Program-made: the position numbers and the translations under genes
Notes under the pieces: generated by a model
Told to the model about the DNA's origin: nothing
Seen by the model: only the letters and a program-made list of their open reading frames with translations
Database searches by the model: none
Part shown: positions 57,939 through 58,100 of the stretch, piece after piece
Layout: each line of letters opens with the position of its first letter
How positions within the stretch are numbered: position 1 is the stretch's first letter
IMG/VR virus record: IMGVR_UViG_3300043465_000956
Location: 1 to 58,100 of that record
Source: a virus
Lineage: Duplodnaviria > Caudoviricetes
Reading direction: 5' to 3' (one strand)
Length of the DNA stretch: 58,100 nt

Positions 57939-57956
57939 GGCTCAACTAGTTGAGCC
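57939..57956. other. perfect 18-bp palindrome over a TAG stop
   Basis: GGCTCAACTAGTTGAGCC, flanked by TTAC...GTAA. Confidence 0.7.
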
Positions 57957-58098
57957 CCGTAATTACATCGCCCGTACCAGTTGCAGACGACAATACTTTT
58001 GTATAGTGGACGGTGGTTCCATCGGTTCTTTTAATGATCAAATTACTTCCAGAAATTTCCCACTCCAGCATACTCAAAACTGCTGTCGCCAAGGTATG
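57946..58098 (-). CDS. 3' end of a virion protein (truncated by window edge)
   Basis: Open frame HTLATAVLSML...GDVITGLN* ending at TAG 57946-57948. Confidence 0.6.
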   Translation of the reverse strand, partial: HTLATAVLSMLEWEISGSNLIIKRTDGTTVHYTKVLSSATGTGDVITGLN

Positions 58099-58100
58099 CT

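Noticed and set aside
1-58100. Stop-codon reassignment
   Set aside because: Conserved genes are full length in the standard code, and TAG, TGA and TAA all end genes at sensible, often coupled, positions.

Overview
The window is a segment of a large, tailed dsDNA phage genome (Caudoviricetes; siphovirus-like, since no sheath gene is visible) made of two convergent blocks that meet with abutting stop codons at 25735/25736. The + strand block (1-25735) carries nucleotide metabolism, replication and recombination genes: class Ia RNR nrdA/nrdB, PhoH, FmdB-type zinc ribbon, RecA, DnaB with a LAGLIDADG intein in Walker A, primase, dNMP kinase, Cas4/AddB-like and DEDDh nucleases, a sigma-like factor and a Rad52-like annealase. 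It also carries two sugar-handling clusters: GT4/GT2-like/NTP-transferase/CgeB-like genes, and UDP-galactopyranose mutase + methyltransferase + a DUF4422-like transferase. The - strand block (25736-58100) is tail morphogenesis: fibres, head-tail joining proteins, major tail protein, chaperones, a 1972-aa tape measure, hub proteins and a 1871-aa Cys-rich tail protein. The best candidate for a new system is phage-encoded virion glycosylation with galactofuranose. The DUF4422-like transferase shares an ungapped 30-aa Cys/His domain with the last gene of the tail operon, and several tail proteins are enriched in Ser/Thr-Gly dipeptides. Other leads are two genes that appear to start at ATT/ATA, a nuclease-like cargo domain bracketed by repeats inside the tape measure, and a DGR-variable-region-like NNT codon tract in the giant tail protein. 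All family calls come from motif recognition by eye; no searches were run.
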